A DNA stretch of 63,831 nt, filler included, from Octopus bimaculoides (GCF_001194135.2; 7 parts of 7 records of this genome joined end to end with filler, not necessarily neighbours in it), one strand, 5' to 3'; counted from the first letter of the whole stretch, positions 25,520-39,638 are shown. The notes: generated by a model from the letters alone, not told the origin. Numbers and translations: made by a program.

Positions 25520-26110
25520 GGTTCTTTATATTACTAACAGTAGTTTCGCAATGATGTGCTTCTTCAGATAATACTTCACAACCCATTGTTGTTTCCAGTC
25601 GTTTCTAGCAAGGTAAGTAGTGATAAATATATGCTTTTTTCATTGTTTTTGTATTGTATTCTTTGTCGTGCCTCTTCTCTATTCATCTCACCCAAACAGC
25701 GATCGATTAAATTCCATAATCCTTCCTTCGTCTACTGCATCTTTCTTGATCTCTTCCACGATCGCTAATACATTCTACACTTTTTGTATGGAAAGTAATC
25801 CGCTACTAATTAACACTGGTGAGGTTCAACGAAGGCTGGAATGTGTTCTTCAACTATAACTAGTACAGCTCTGCTGTTTTAGTGTCTTGGAGTCTCTCTA
25901 GTCATTTCTTTTTCTTTTTTTTCTCCTCCATAGTTCAAACTTCATTGTCATTTTCACCGGATGATCTTCTGATCAACACGATACCTTGGTGGAGTCAAAA
26001 ATCTTGTACACAACTTCCACTGATGAAAACATAGTCAATTTCATTGTTTGCGTTGCCATCATGGCGATCGCCTGATCGCCATGTAGGATGAAAAGTAGTT
26101 GACTGTCGTA
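25520..26110 (-). mobile_element. Decayed RTE LINE, AP-endonuclease end and linker
   Basis: Minus strand TWRSGDRHDGNANNEIDYVF (cf. TWRSP.G...NEIDYI). Confidence 0.55.
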
Positions 26111-26242
26111 AAAAAATAGGTGAAAGTAGATTATCCTAAATATAGGTGCAGGAGCAGTTGTGTAACTTAGCGGTTCGGCAATAAAGATCGTTAAAATGGT
26201 GCCGTTGGATTTCTTGATGCTTGTGGTGGTGACAATATATAC

Positions 26243-26304
<62 letters not shown>

Positions 26305-26435
26305 TTGGAATTTACGAAAAACAAAACAAAAGACGNNNNNNNNNNNNNNNNNNNNNNNNNNNNNNNNNNNNNNNNNNNNTTAATTAATTAANNNNNNNNN
26401 NNNNNNNNNNNNNNNNNNNNNNNNNNNNNNNNNNN

Positions 26436-26469
<34 letters not shown>

Positions 26470-26472
<3 letters not shown>

Positions 26473-26600
26473 CAGGCTTCTTTCAATTTCCATTCTACTC
26501 ACAAGGCTTTAGTTGGCTTGAAGCTATTGTAGTGTGTCATGCAGTAGGACTGAACCTGGAACCATGTGGTTGGCAAGCAAACTTCTTGCCACAGAGCAAG
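26470..26600 (-). mobile_element. OR-like SINE head
   Basis: caggcttctttcaatttcc...actcacaaggcttt...ctgaacctggaaccatgtggttggcaagc. Confidence 0.7.
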
Positions 26601-27416
26601 AGTTTATGGGCTAAATTTGAGAGTTTGCAGAAAAGGAAAAAGGTAACTCAACAAGTACCAACTAGATTGTTGTTGGAAGATAACAGTTTACTTGAAGTAG
26701 CTGTCCTTAGCTTCCACCTTGGCCTCAAGACAGCTCTGGAACTAGGCACATGTGTTCCTTACTGTATCCCTGGAAGATCTTTGATGTTAGCTTCCAGTTC
26801 AGTCTTGGTGTTGCGGGCAGAGTGGTTAAGGTCTTTCTCATCTGCCACCCTATGCATAATAATCCATGAGATTACAATCAGAGGAATTAGAAGGCCAGAA
26901 ATTAGGGATGGTAAAGTCAGAGAAATTCTCTGACAACCACTTCTGACTCTTTCTGGACATGTAGCAAGAAGCTGAATTCTGCTGCCACACATATGGCCTT
27001 CCACCAGCAACTCTCTTCAGTCAGGGTTTAACCAGTCTCCAGCAACTTCACATAGCCGTCTGAAATGAGCTTAAAGCCCTGTTCATCAGCTGGTGAATGA
27101 ATTCTGGCATGCAGATGCAGTCAGAATATTTACTGTATCCCTTCCTGCTGGGCATGGTTTTGAAGTCTCAGTTGCAACTGTCCATATGATATCTTACAGC
27201 CTTTACAGTGTTCACAGAGCATTCGACAGCACTTATGATGTCAGTATTTTATCATCATGATACAGGTAACTTTTCCTGTATTCAGTTGGATTCCATCTTT
27301 ATACTCCCGAACACTGTTGACTGTTCACCAATGCATCAAGCTGTTCTTGAAAAAAAAAGGAGACATAAAACATTGTCTAATTTAACATGAGCACTCTGTT
27401 TATGATATATATAGAT

Positions 27417-27466
<50 letters not shown>

Positions 27467-27484
27467 ATTATTTATGTGTCCTTT

Positions 27485-27784
27485 TAAAATCTAGCCAGGC
27501 TCATGGGCCCGGTTTCCCAGATTCTATGGCATATGTGCTCCCACCCCCAGCTAGACGGGACGCTAGTCGATCACAGCTTTACTCAAGAAACAGGAAGAAA
27601 GAGTGAGAGAAAATTGGGGCAAAAGAGTACAACAGAGGTCACAACCACCACCTGCTGGAGCCTCGTCAAACTTTAGGCGTTTTCACTCAATAAAAACACA
27701 CACAACGCCTGGTCTGGAAATCGAAACTGCGTTCCTCCGACCACAAGTCTGCTGCTCTAACCACTGGACCATTGCGCCTCCACC
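27485..27784 (-). mobile_element. tRNA-headed SINE (family 3 variant)
   Basis: Ends ...ctaaccactggaccattgcgcctcc (rc of the head at 23768). Confidence 0.8.
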
Positions 27785-27796
27785 ATATATATATAA

Positions 27797-27832
<36 letters not shown>

Positions 27833-28508
27833 NNNNNNNNNNNNNNNNNNNNNNNNNNNNNNNNNNNNNNNNNNNNNNNNNNNNNNNNNNNNNNNNNNNN
27901 NNNNNNNNNNNNNNNNNNNNNNNNNNNNNNNNNNNNNNNNNNNNNNNNNNNNNNNNNNNNNNNNNNNNNNNNNNNNNNNNNNNNNNNNNNNNNNNNNNNN
28001 NNNNNNNNNNNNNNNNNNNNNNNNNNNNNNNNNNNNNNNNNNNNNNNNNNNNNNNNNNNNNNNNNNNNNNNNNNNNNNNNNNNNNNNNNNNNNNNNNNNN
28101 NNNNNNNNNNNNNNNNNNNNNNNNNNNNNNNNNNNNNNNNNNNNNNNNNNNNNNNNNNNNNNNNNNNNNNNNNNNNNNNNNNNNNNNNNNNNNNNNNNNN
28201 NNNNNNNNNNNNNNNNNNNNNNNNNNNNNNNNNNNNNNNNNNNNNNNNNNNNNNNNNNNNNNNNNNNNNNNNNNNNNNNNNNNNNNNNNNNNNNNNNNNN
28301 NNNNNNNNNNNNNNNNNNNNNNNNNNNNNNNNNNNNNNNNNNNNNNNNNNNNNNNNNNNNNNNNNNNNNNNNNNNNNNNNNNNNNNNNNNNNNNNNNNNN
28401 NNNNNNNNNNNNNNNNNNNNNNNNNNNNNNNNNNNNNNNNNNNNNNNNNNNNNNNNNNNNNNNNNNNNNNNNNNNNNNNNNNNNNNNNNNNNNNNNNNNN
28501 NNNNNNNN

Positions 28509-28764
28509 TTGTTATACTTGGGGATGGTCATATTTTGCCAATTAAACACATGCATCATATATTTGGTCTTCATAACAGCTTTATTATTATTTTAGTTTTT
28601 ATGTCAAAGTTCTTTTGTCACACATCTTGTGGCCTCTTCAGCAAATTGAAGAGGTCACAGGATGTGTGACAAAAAAACTAAAATAGTAATAAAACTGAAG
28701 TGAAGACCAAATATATAGTGCATGTGTTTAATAGGCAAAATATGACCGTCCCCAACTGTATCAA
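28509..28764. mobile_element. Hammerhead-bearing fold-back element, copy B (head-to-head palindrome)
   Basis: Left arm 28509-28640 is the imperfect reverse complement of right arm 28647-28764; 6-nt apex gcaaat. Confidence 0.85.
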
Positions 28765-28864
28765 TACCTGTTTCAATACATGATTTCACATCAAGAACCT
28801 TGCAAAAGAAATACACAAACATGTGTGTGTGTGTGTATGTGTGTGTGTGCATGTGTGTGTATGA

Positions 28865-29310
28865 GGACACCTGCATACAGAAGTCCCAAGCTCTAATCGT
28901 GGAGGGAACCTGTGGAAAGAGTAGAATTGGGAAGATGTTGGGCAAAGTGCTAAGAAAGGTTCTCCAGCTGCTAGGCCTCACTGAAGAAGTGACAAGGGGT
29001 TGAGAGTTGCGGAAATTTGCTGTACTTGAGAAGATGTATCAAGCCAAGTAAAATCATGGTCACCCATACATACAAGCTTGTCTTTTATAGGTGCCAGTGC
29101 CACATAAAATGCCTCTGCCAGTACTGCATAAATGCACCCATGCCAGTGGGATGTATGAGGCACCCAACATGGTTGGTGTTAGGAAGGGCATCCAGCCATA
29201 GAAACCATGCCACAATAGACAATTGGTGTGTGGCCAGCTCCTGTCAAGCTGTACAACCCCTGCCAACATGGAAAACAGATGTTAAAAGATGATGACGATG
29301 ATGATGATAA
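28865..29310 (+). mobile_element. RTE-type LINE 3' end
   Basis: CIQKSQALIVEGTCGKSRIGKMLGKVLRKVLQLLGLTEEVTRG*ELRKFAVLEKMYQAK*; tail gttaggaagggcatccagc...gatgttaaaagatgatg. Confidence 0.75.
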
Positions 29311-31512
29311 TATATATATATAAGTGTGTGTGTGTGTGTGTGTGGAATAAGGCATATTAAAAGTAAAAGATAGCTTTGCCTGACCACTTTGATGTACATA
29401 TATATGTATATATGTATGTAGATGCAGGAAATATGAAAATTGCAATGCAAAGTCTCAGACTTGGCAGTGACTAAACTTCAAGCTAATAATAACAAGCCTA
29501 TTTGAGTGCAACTGACTTCTTCAGTTAGGAGCTACCTACATTCAACAAATGATATGAACCAAATCGTATTTGCAATCTACATTACCTTCCTACTCCAAAC
29601 AAACAACTTCATTAGCAGATTTTTCCCAGAAGAATAGATTAGTTCTTATCAGATTCAGACTTCTCCTTTTTTTTATACTTTTGCCAGCTCTCCCATAATT
29701 TAGACACAACTTTTATTTAGAAAGAAACCAGCCTTGTATTTCTGTCACTATTATAGTTTTGCTAGACCATGACCGAGAATAACTTCATTGTTAACATACT
29801 ATTTACAACTCAGAGAGAGAGAGAGACAGACAGACAGTCTTCAGCATCAATGTCCAAATATTTTACTCTACTTTAGATTTTACAGTCATCGTTATGTTTG
29901 ATACATGACGTCTCTAAATCAATAGGTTTCAATACATTACCCATTTTGTAGTTTTAAACGTACTATTTACATTATTTTGCGTTTTGCTTTGTTTTGCTAT
30001 TTTTATCTTTTCTCCTAACTGACTTACTTTATTTGCATCACAGATTTGCTGCTAATGTACTGGGCCAGGAGTTTTGTTTTACTGGCCTAAATATTTCTTG
30101 TGTAATCACATCTGTAAACTTCTATGTCAACTCACTTCACACACACTTATCTCTATAATTAGTGGTTGAAGTAGCATTTAAACAAATCAAACTTTTGCCA
30201 GATTTTCTACCATGCATCGCAGATATTGAATCCAATTTGACAAATTACCTGCCATATATAGGATACTTCTGCTTCATCGATTCCTCAACAGGATCCACTT
30301 AAAGTTTTCTGGCAGAATGAGTAGCTAATGAATGACTCACCAATTTTCATTGAAAAACAGCATTTGGAAACTCTTATATACAACTTGTATATCTCTCACT
30401 GACACATTCATTAAGAGGTTCTGGTTTGTTCCTACATCTGTCATGTCTATTCTCATATATTCATGTGACATTTTGATTTCTAACTAGTCTACTTGAGGGA
30501 AACTTACAAAATCATATGGAATATAATTACTTTTTGGCACACTGAATCTTGAAACAGATAAAATAATAAATAATAGCTTGTGAATATTGGATTAAATGCC
30601 TTCGAATAGGAAAAGACAAAGGCTGCTCATGGGACATGAACCTGCATCTTCTGTAAACATGACAAATGTTCAACAATTGGACCAAAGCATTCCTTCAAAT
30701 TTCTCTTTTTCTTTTTAATTAAAATGTGATAGCTTCAAAGTACTGACTGTTATTGTTGGTGTCACTGCTTGCCTGTAATATGAGTAAGTAACCACAGCAG
30801 AGACTGATAAGGTGCGTCTACCCAAAGCACAAACAACTGTGGTTCTTCTGCACCCAGTCATGCTGTGGTTAATGAGATTTTGATGTTATTTTGAGGTGTA
30901 TTATTTATTAGCTTTTTAAGTTTGTCTGCGGTGGGGGAAGAGAGATAGTATTTTTTTTTTTTTGTGTTATAATGATGTTTATAATAATGTAATTATTAGC
31001 ACACAAAAAAATGGCTGATATGGCTCAAACTAAAGAAGTTTACTTCACAATCATAAGATTTTGGGTTCAACAACAATGTGTGGCATCTTGGACAAGTTTC
31101 TTTAACCATAACCTCGAATTGACTGAAGCCTTGTTGAATAAAGTTGGCAAACAGAAACTACATGGAAGTCCATCAGATGCATTATACTGTAATTCAAAGG
31201 AAAAGCATTGAAACTCACTGTGTCACACTGATTGTGCCCAAGGATTAAATTAAGGTTACGAATGTCAACCCTTTACTCACTAGTTAAGTGAGCAGATAGT
31301 TTGGCTCATTTAACATCTGAAAACTTGTGACAGAAACCACTAGAGATCTGTTACTTTTCATTTAAGTAATGTTGTGTGGTATTGTAAATTAATCTGATTG
31401 AACAAGCTGTGACAAGGACTAGAAATGTTACAGCTTGCTGCAGCAACAAACTGTATTCTCATATGTCCAAGTAACCTTTTATTTTGATAATAATAACAAC
31501 AACAACAACAAC

Positions 31513-31556
<44 letters not shown>

Positions 31557-31580
31557 TGATGATGGTGGTGGTGGTGGTGT

Positions 31581-31609
<29 letters not shown>

Positions 31610-31614
<5 letters not shown>

Positions 31615-32850
31615 AAGAAACAAAAGAGAAGGCAAGACACAAATATCTCAGGAGAGTAAAAAGGATGATAGGCTTGAAATTAAATGGAAGGAACTGTATC
31701 ACTGCAGTACACATGTGGGTGGTCTCTCTCATATGATATTCTGCAGCTTTCTTCAACTGGACAAAGGAAGAACTAAGAGACATAGATTGTAAGACCAGTA
31801 AGACAATGTTTATGTACAGACAAGTTATTACATCCCAGAGACAATGTTGATAGATCATACCAACCACAGGAGGAGCGGAGGGAGGACTCATACCAATAGA
31901 AGGCTGTGTAGAGATGGCAAACTGTGATATAGAAGAGTATGTGAGAAGCAGCTCAGAAAGACTGGTTTCAGCTGCCAGTGGGGAGGAGAAAGAAGATGTG
32001 GAGACAGCAACAGAATACAAGAAAAGAAGAGAACATGAGTGAAAAGGAAACACATGATCAGCATCTCAGACAAATGTAGTATGTTGTAGCAGAGGAGTTT
32101 TGGTTATGGCTGAAAAATGGAGACCTTAACAAAGAAATGGAAGGATACATATGGCTGCTCAAAACCAGTCATTGCCGATGAACATCATTAAGGTCAAAAT
32201 AGACAAATCCATGAAAAGTGCAAAGTGCAGGGTATGTAATGAGAAAGAGGAATCCGTTATGCACATTATAAGTTACTGTAGTTATTTGGCAGAGAAGGAA
32301 TATGAATACAATCATGACTATGTGGCCGAAGCACTACATGGAGACATACTACAGCAAGGAGGATTTGAAGTAGGAAGAAAATGATATGAACATCAACTAG
32401 AAAGTGCAATAGAGAATGGCTAGTAGAATGACCATGCAATAGAGAATGACCAGTAGGAGGTTTTATGAGATTTTGATGTATAAACCAATCATGAAATTCA
32501 TGCCAGGTAATGAGATATTATGGATCTGGATAAGGATAAAAGGAATGTAACATCATAGACATGAATGTAGAAGTAAAAGAACAGGAGAAAATTTAGAAGA
32601 TACCAGGATTTGGCTAGGGAAATACAATGACTGTGGAGGGTTTCTGCAAAAGTAATCTCAGTTGTTTTAGGTGCCCTAGGCACTGTCACCAACAGACTTA
32701 ACAGCTCCCTGACTGAGATTGGTGTAACTACAAGAGTGGCATTAAATTCAGAAATCTGTTCTATTGGGAGCAGCACAGATTGTAAGAAACTTGCTCAAGA
32801 TCTAAGCAAACTAGGTGTGGTGCAGTATTGAAGATATTGATTCTAAATGA
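31610..32850 (+). mobile_element. R4/Dong-type non-LTR retrotransposon, decayed, between (AAT)n(GAT)n and (AAG)n arrays
   Basis: NWTKEELRDIDCKT, LHPRDNVDR, AAQNQSLPMN...KCRVCNEKEESVMHIISYCSYLAEKEY...HDYVA, VVLGALG. Confidence 0.85.
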
Positions 32851-32944
32851 AAAACATGCATGCACATCGAGAAGAAGAAGAAGAAGAAGAAGAAGAAGAA
32901 GAAGAAGAAGAAGAAGAAGAAGAAGAAGAAGAATCAGGAGGAGG

Positions 32945-33420
32945 AGGATGGCTTCAAATTTTGGTACAAGGCCAGCAATTTTAGTAGTGGTGGTGTGGGG
33001 GAGGGGGAAGCTAATTTTACCACCCCTAGTGTTCGACTGGTACTTATTTCATCAGCCCCAAAAGGATGAAAGGAAAAGCTGATCTTGGTGGCATCAGAAT
33101 TCAGAACGTAAAACTGGAAGAAATGCTGCTGTACGTTTCTGCTAGTGCATTAATGTTTCTGCCAGCTTTCAATCTTCATTACAACAACAACAATAATATT
33201 AATAATAATCCTTTCTACTATAGGCACAAGACCTGAAATTTTAGGGGAGGGGACTAGTCATTTACATCAACTCCAGTATTTTACTGGTATTTAATTTATC
33301 AACCCTGAGAGAATGAAAGGCGAAGATGACCTCGGTGGAATTTGAACTCAAAGCATAGCGATGGGTAAAATACTGCCAAGCATTTCACCCAGCATGCTAG
33401 CAATTCTGCCAGCTCACTGC
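32945..33420 (-). mobile_element. Two tandem family-2 SINEs
   Basis: Each has ggatgaaaggaaaag/gaatgaaaggcgaag, gaattcagaac/gaatttgaactc and ttctgccagctc motifs (32945-33170, 33200-33420). Confidence 0.7.
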
Positions 33421-33421
33421 A

Positions 33422-33494
<73 letters not shown>

Positions 33495-34466
33495 CTCTCT
33501 TTGCTCTTTTACTCTTTTACTTGTTTCCATCATGCATTTATATATTTACATTGTTGTCACTTGCTGACAGGTTTATGATCAAGCTTGTAGCAGTTAAAAC
33601 CTCCAACATTCTTGCCCCCCCCCCCCAGACCTTACCCTGGGGCAGAGATTGCTGCCTGTGAGTGCAAGCTGTGACTCAGAGTGACTGTTCCAGTGCATCT
33701 CCCTTGTCATCTTCCAGAGCAACGCCTTTTCCACTTTGTCTGCTGGTGCTTTGAGAAATGTTTCTGGGATCTCTTCTGTTTGGCTGCAACTGTGGAAATT
33801 TTAAAATTTGGTGTATTGATGTAATTTTCCATGCTGAATCTCAGGAGGTAATTCACTTTTTCCAGAAAAATTTTTTTAAATAGTTACAGAGGTTTAAAAG
33901 TTGATAATTTTTTACCCAGTTGTGCATGACAGCATGTGTTGTCAACTGTAAACAAATGAAATATTGGTGGAATTCTGCTTTATGCATGCCATATAACTCC
34001 TCATAACTTTTTTATTTTGGGTGAATTTTAAGAAAATTTTTGCAAATTTGTATTCTACATATGGGAATTCATTCGATTATGCAATCACCCCAGAAAAAAA
34101 AATGTTGTGCATAATTTAAGGCTTATTTAGCTGTTATTTTTTGCACATATCATGATCATCTCATACCACATTCAATAAGTGATATAAAAAACACGTAGTA
34201 AGTGGCTTGGTAAGAGCTTGGCTTGTTACTATAGAAGCAGGAACCTATATGTCTATGACTTTCAACTGGCTAAAATTACCCAAGCTATTAACTCTTATTT
34301 ATTGATTTATAGTGAAAATGAATTTCATGTCAGTGATTACTTTACAAAATTACACCAATACACCAAATATAAAATCAATTGAAACAAAAATTGAAGAAAT
34401 TGCAAAGTGGCAGCCAAACAGAAAAGATTCAGTTTCTATAGTGTGAGAGGCAAATTTCTCCATTAA

Positions 34467-34656
34467 TCCTTCTACTTAAATCACATCTTTTCTCATCCAC
34501 ACAATCATCATGCACATCTTGTAGCTTGAAGAGTTTGATGATGCGATTTTTAGAATGACATTGTAAGGTAATTGTGAGAGGCTGAATCTGGCTAGTTTTA
34601 ACTTAGAACCTGTATGATATTTGGGCCTGATATGGTCAGATTTAATGCTAAAATAG
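34467..34656. mobile_element. TTAA-flanked (piggyBac-like) MITE, decayed
   Basis: TTAA at 34463-66 and 34657-60; right half homologous to 47715-47836. Confidence 0.55.
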
Positions 34657-34821
34657 TTAAACATCTACAAAATATGAATGTATGTCTCAACTTCTTTTCT
34701 CTTTCACACACAGTCTAGAAATCTAGCAGCAAACTTTGCTTCTTCTTTTCCCCACTCTTTTATCATCTCACTCCCTGACCCCCATCATGCTTTTGTTTGT
34801 ACATGTGTCTGTATTACTACA

Positions 34822-34854
<33 letters not shown>

Positions 34855-34984
34855 CTGTGGAGGGGCTCATCTGTTATATGTGTAGTCAGTATACCTCCAG
34901 CTCCATTTGACCTTGGCCTTATCTGTATACATGTCTGTACAACTGTATATATATATATATATATATATGTGAGAGTGTGTGTGT

Positions 34985-35064
<80 letters not shown>

Positions 35065-35335
35065 ATGTGTGTGTGTATTTGTGTTTGTGGTCAATACTAC
35101 ACTTCTTTCCATTATGAATTTTCTACCATGCCACCAAGACCACAACTTCATTTCCTCTCTCTTTCTCCTTCCCACTCTCTTTCTCTTTCTGTTTTGCTCA
35201 GTCACTCCCTTCCTTACCGACAGACAAAGGCCAAACAGGTTTTCCACTCCTTGACCTTTTCAGAAAGGGTCATATATGAATCGTTTTTCTGGGGTTTTTT
35301 TTATGTCTATACTTCCATGCAAGTATGAGTTAAAT

Positions 35336-35752
35336 CAGTGATTCTAACTGGGGTCCATATGATCCCTGATGATCTTTGTAAGACTTTTGAGGGGTTCACA
35401 CAAGTAAAATAGTAAATTAGATCAACAGTAGTATTTTTAGGGTTCAGGAAAAAATGTTCCTTTGTATGAATGTATTGCAAGAAACAGCTAGGATTCTTTC
35501 TCTAATGTTTTACATAGTTCAGTTTACATAAATTAATGTGAGAAAAACAAAATAGGAATTTTGAAAGAAGCATCTAAACATCGGATGGCTCTGGGGGTCC
35601 ACCAGAAAAGAATAATAATCAAAGGGATCCATCATCATCATCATTTAACGTCTGCTTTCCATGCTAGCATGGGTTGGACGATTTGACTGAGGACTGGTGA
35701 ACCAGATAGCTACACCAGGCTCCAATCTGATTTGGCAGAGTGAGAACCATTG
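35336..35752. mobile_element. hAT (Charlie-like) MITE with RTE-tail insertion (35630-35740)
   Basis: TIR cagtgattctaac / tgagaaccattg; decayed 8-bp TSD agttaaat / ggtgaaat. Confidence 0.7.
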
Positions 35753-35832
35753 GGTGAAATGAATATGTTATTGAAGCATTCTTTTACAACCAGATGCTAT
35801 TTTGTCATTAACTCTTGAGGCTGATATAAATA

Positions 35833-35887
<55 letters not shown>

Positions 35888-35889
35888 TT

Positions 35890-36600
35890 AGACTCAGGCA
35901 TGGCTGTGTTGTAAGGAGATTGCTTCTTAACCACATGGTTCTCTGTTCTGTCCTACTGTGTGCCACCTTGGGCCAGTGTCTTCACTGTAACTCGAGGCTG
36001 ACCAAAGCCTTGTGAATGAATTTAGTAGATGGAAACTGAAAGAAGCCCAGTATATGTGTGTGTATCTATGAGTGTGTGTCTTTGTATCTGTGTCTGTTCC
36101 CCACCATTGCTTGACAATCGGAGTGGGTGTGTTTACATCCCCAAAACTTAGCAGTCTGGCAAAAAAAAAAAAAAGATTGAATAAGTGCAGGAGTGGCTGT
36201 GTAGTAAGTAGCTTGCTTACCAACCACATGGTCCCAGGTTCAGTCCCATTGCATGGCACCTTGGGCAAGTGTCTTCTACTATAGCCTAGGGCTGATCAAA
36301 GCCTTGTGAGTGGATTTGGTAGAAGGAAACTGGAAGAAGCCCGTCGTATATGTATATATATATAAGTATATGTATGTGTGTGTATATGTTTGTGTGTCTG
36401 TTTGTCCCCTCAGCATCGCTTGACAACAGATGCTGGTGTGTTTATGTCCCCGTAACTTAGCGGCTCAGCAAAAGAGACTGATAGAATAAGTACTAGACTT
36501 AAAAAAAATGAAGTCCTGGGGTCGATTTGTTCAACCAAAACCCATCAAGGTGGTGCCCCAGTATGACTGCAGTCAAATGACTGAAACAAGTAAAAGATAA
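35890..36600 (+). mobile_element. Two tandem OR-like SINEs
   Basis: Heads at ~35895 and ~36185, each with caccttgggc(c/a)agtgtcttc; tail gactgaaacaagtaaaag at ~36597. Confidence 0.85.
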
Positions 36601-36619
36601 ATATATTTATGAGTGTGTG

Positions 36620-36790
36620 TAAACAACAAGCTTCTTTTAATTTCCCTCGGCCAAATCCATTTGCAAGGCTTCAGTGAGCTCATGATTTTTTGTAGAAAAC
36701 ACTAACACAATATGTTGCACAATGGGTTTGAACCCAAAACCACATGGTTTGGAAATGAACTTCTTTAACCACACAGCCATGCTTGCACCT
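36620..36790 (-). mobile_element. OR-like SINE head
   Basis: caagcttctttt...ttgaacccaaaaccacatggttt...accacacagccatgc. Confidence 0.6.
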
Positions 36791-37268
36791 TATATGAAGC
36801 TTGTATTTTTTATATTTCTGTATGAATTTCTATCATTATTGTATGTGAAGATTTCTGTAATGAACTGATAATTTGCTTTTTTTTTTTGCATCTCCTTTAG
36901 CACTAATGGTAATTTTTCAACAATAACAGAGACAGCTTATTGGGTTCTATCATCTGAAAATGCAGGCTATTTTTCACCTTTGCCAAAATTAGAAATAGTT
37001 ATCATATCTAAACTTTCACCGATGCTTCACAAGGAGTTAACTAAACCAGGGCCTGAGGTCAATATATAGTCTTTGAACATGCTCTGGGGTCAATATGTAT
37101 ATACTCTTTGATTAATGATCATACATGTGATCAAGTTATCATATTGTACTTAATGCAAAAATCTGCCATTAAGATATGAATAAAGAACATTTAGAAAGAA
37201 AGGTTGGAGAGCAGGAAAATTATTCTCTAATAGTTCAATAACAGACTTCTTTTCTTTTATTTTTATTA

Positions 37269-37322
<54 letters not shown>

Positions 37323-37360
37323 CACATATAGACAGATTTATAACTACTGGGTCAGAGAGG

Positions 37361-37452
<92 letters not shown>

Positions 37453-38124
37453 AAGAGAATGAGTAAGAGAGAGTTAAGTATAAGAAAGATCTACTTTATT
37501 GATTAGAAGAAATATTGCCTTGGTTATTTATTCAATAGACTGATTGTTATTGATTGCAGAATTTCAACAGATGATACATTTGGAAAAATCTCTGATTTCA
37601 ATGTGCTACTACATTGTATACGATGAGTAAGAAACAAGACATTAATAGAGTCATCTCTTTGACTCAATGCTGCTTTCTGGTAGAATTGTTTTGTCTGTTT
37701 GAAATATACTCATATCTCTTGCTTCCTTCACCTCTACAATGTTGAAACATTTCAGTATTTCTTCAAGAGATTCTAAATAATTATTGTTCTTTTAAAATTA
37801 ATTCTTGTTTATAACCACATATTTCAAGTTAACCAATTTTGATTTTCAAAGCAATTTTATTATAGATGACCAAACACTGCCATAACACTCAGCAACATTA
37901 CTGCCACCACCGCCACTGCCATCACCGCCATCACCAACCCCACAACCAGCACCAGGCTCAGTGGTCACCTACACCACCACCTTTACTATAGGAGTTATCG
38001 AACACCGTTACTACTTCACTTATAGTAGTTTACACAACAACACATACTATTTTTACCATCACCATTAATACTATATGGCTATCTACAAACACCATCACCC
38101 TGGATAGTGGTTCATCATCCTCAT

Positions 38125-38300
38125 CATCATCATCATCATCATCATTTAAGGTATGTTCTCCATGCTGACATGGGTTGAAGAGTTTGACAGGAACTGGTGA
38201 GGCAGGTGACCTCACCAAACCTTGCTGTCTGCTTTGACAAGGTTTCTATGGCCGGATGCCCTTCCTAATGCCACCAACTTTACACAATGTACTGGGTGGT
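38125..38300 (-). mobile_element. RTE-tail fragment
   Basis: catcatttaaggtatgttctccatgctgacatgggttg...ccggatgcccttcctaatgcca. Confidence 0.7.
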
Positions 38301-38714
38301 TTTTTTATGTTACACCGCCCCCACCTTGCAAGATGGGGCCCCCTAGCTGAGTGGAGAAGTAGTATTGAGGAACAGGAAGAAAGGAGTCTTCCTGAAGGGC
38401 AAACATGGCTGTGTTGGGTGGGGAGAGAGTGAAAAGAAAGAAGAAAGTGATTATTATTATTATCATCACTACTACTGCCACCAATACTATTGTAGTAACC
38501 TACTAATAAGTAGTATCATGGCCACTCATTATCTTTACCACGTGTCATATAGTGGTTAACCACCATTACCACCACAACTGTAACGATCACCTACCATACT
38601 CTTTCAGCATGCTTACACACTACCATCAGCATTTCTACTGTTACCCATCATGATTACTGCCAACAGATCAATTACAGAGGTTACACAACTTCACTATCTC
38701 TTCTTCAGTTGTTG

Positions 38715-38975
38715 ATGAAGGTGCATGGGCTAGTGGTTAGGATGTTGCATGCATGATTGCAAGATCATGGCTTCAATTCCTGGACCAAGCAGTGCGATGT
38801 GTTCTTGAGCAAAAACACTGCTTTTCACTTTGCTTGACTCCACTTAGCCACAAATGAGTAACCCTGTGATGGACTGACACCTGCTTAGTGGAAATGCTGT
38901 GATTCTGATCTCTTATACACCACAGAAACTGGGAAACTGGTCCTATGAGGCCCAGGACTCAAGACAGTAATGCCC
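38715..38975 (+). mobile_element. tRNA-headed SINE (family 4)
   Basis: gctagtggttagg...ttcaattcctggacc...gtgttcttgagcaa...ccctgtgatggact; related head at 40075-40365. Confidence 0.6.
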
Positions 38976-39409
38976 AGAGTACTTACTTCCCTTTTGTTTT
39001 TCTTTTTATTTCACTTGTTATCAAACTTTCGTTAGTTTTGCTAACTCTACAGTTCTGGTTGTCCACAACTGAGCCCATTATGAAATCTACTTGAGTGATT
39101 ATCTACTGCCAGTAATAACCATTGCCTCTATAGTAGTAATTACCTTCTAGTGTTTTAATCATTTTTACCCACCATCATTACCATCACTTCTTGTATAATG
39201 GGAACCCATCCTCATCATCACCACAACTTCTATTGTAGGGGTTACAACCCAAAACTTCATTGTCACCATTTCTACAACGGTGGTTACTCACCCTTTATTA
39301 GCACAATCATCACTACTATAAAGTTTACTGTCACTCATTACCACTCATTACTCACCACAGTACAATCACCACCACCACCACCACCACTACCACCATGACT
39401 GTCTTTATG

Positions 39410-39560
39410 TCCTGAGTTCAAATTCTGTCAAGATCAAATTTGCCTTTAATCTTTCAGGGTTAATGAAATAAATTTAAGTTAAGCATTTGGGTCAATGTAA
39501 TTTATTTAGTCCTCTCTGCCATAATTGCTGGCCCTGTGCCAAAATTTGAAATCTCTATTA
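39410..39560 (+). mobile_element. Family-2 SINE fragment
   Basis: ctgagttcaaattctgtcaagatcaaatttgcctttaatctttcagggt...gctggccctgtgccaaaatttgaa. Confidence 0.6.
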
Positions 39561-39607
39561 TTTTTGATATCATCATCATCATCATCATTATTATTATTAT
39601 TATTATA

Positions 39608-39638
<31 letters not shown>

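Noticed and set aside
26469-27390. 154-aa ORF and adjacent non-repetitive-looking DNA
   Set aside because: ORF starts in a SINE head and has no recognisable motif; probably a decayed unclassified TE.
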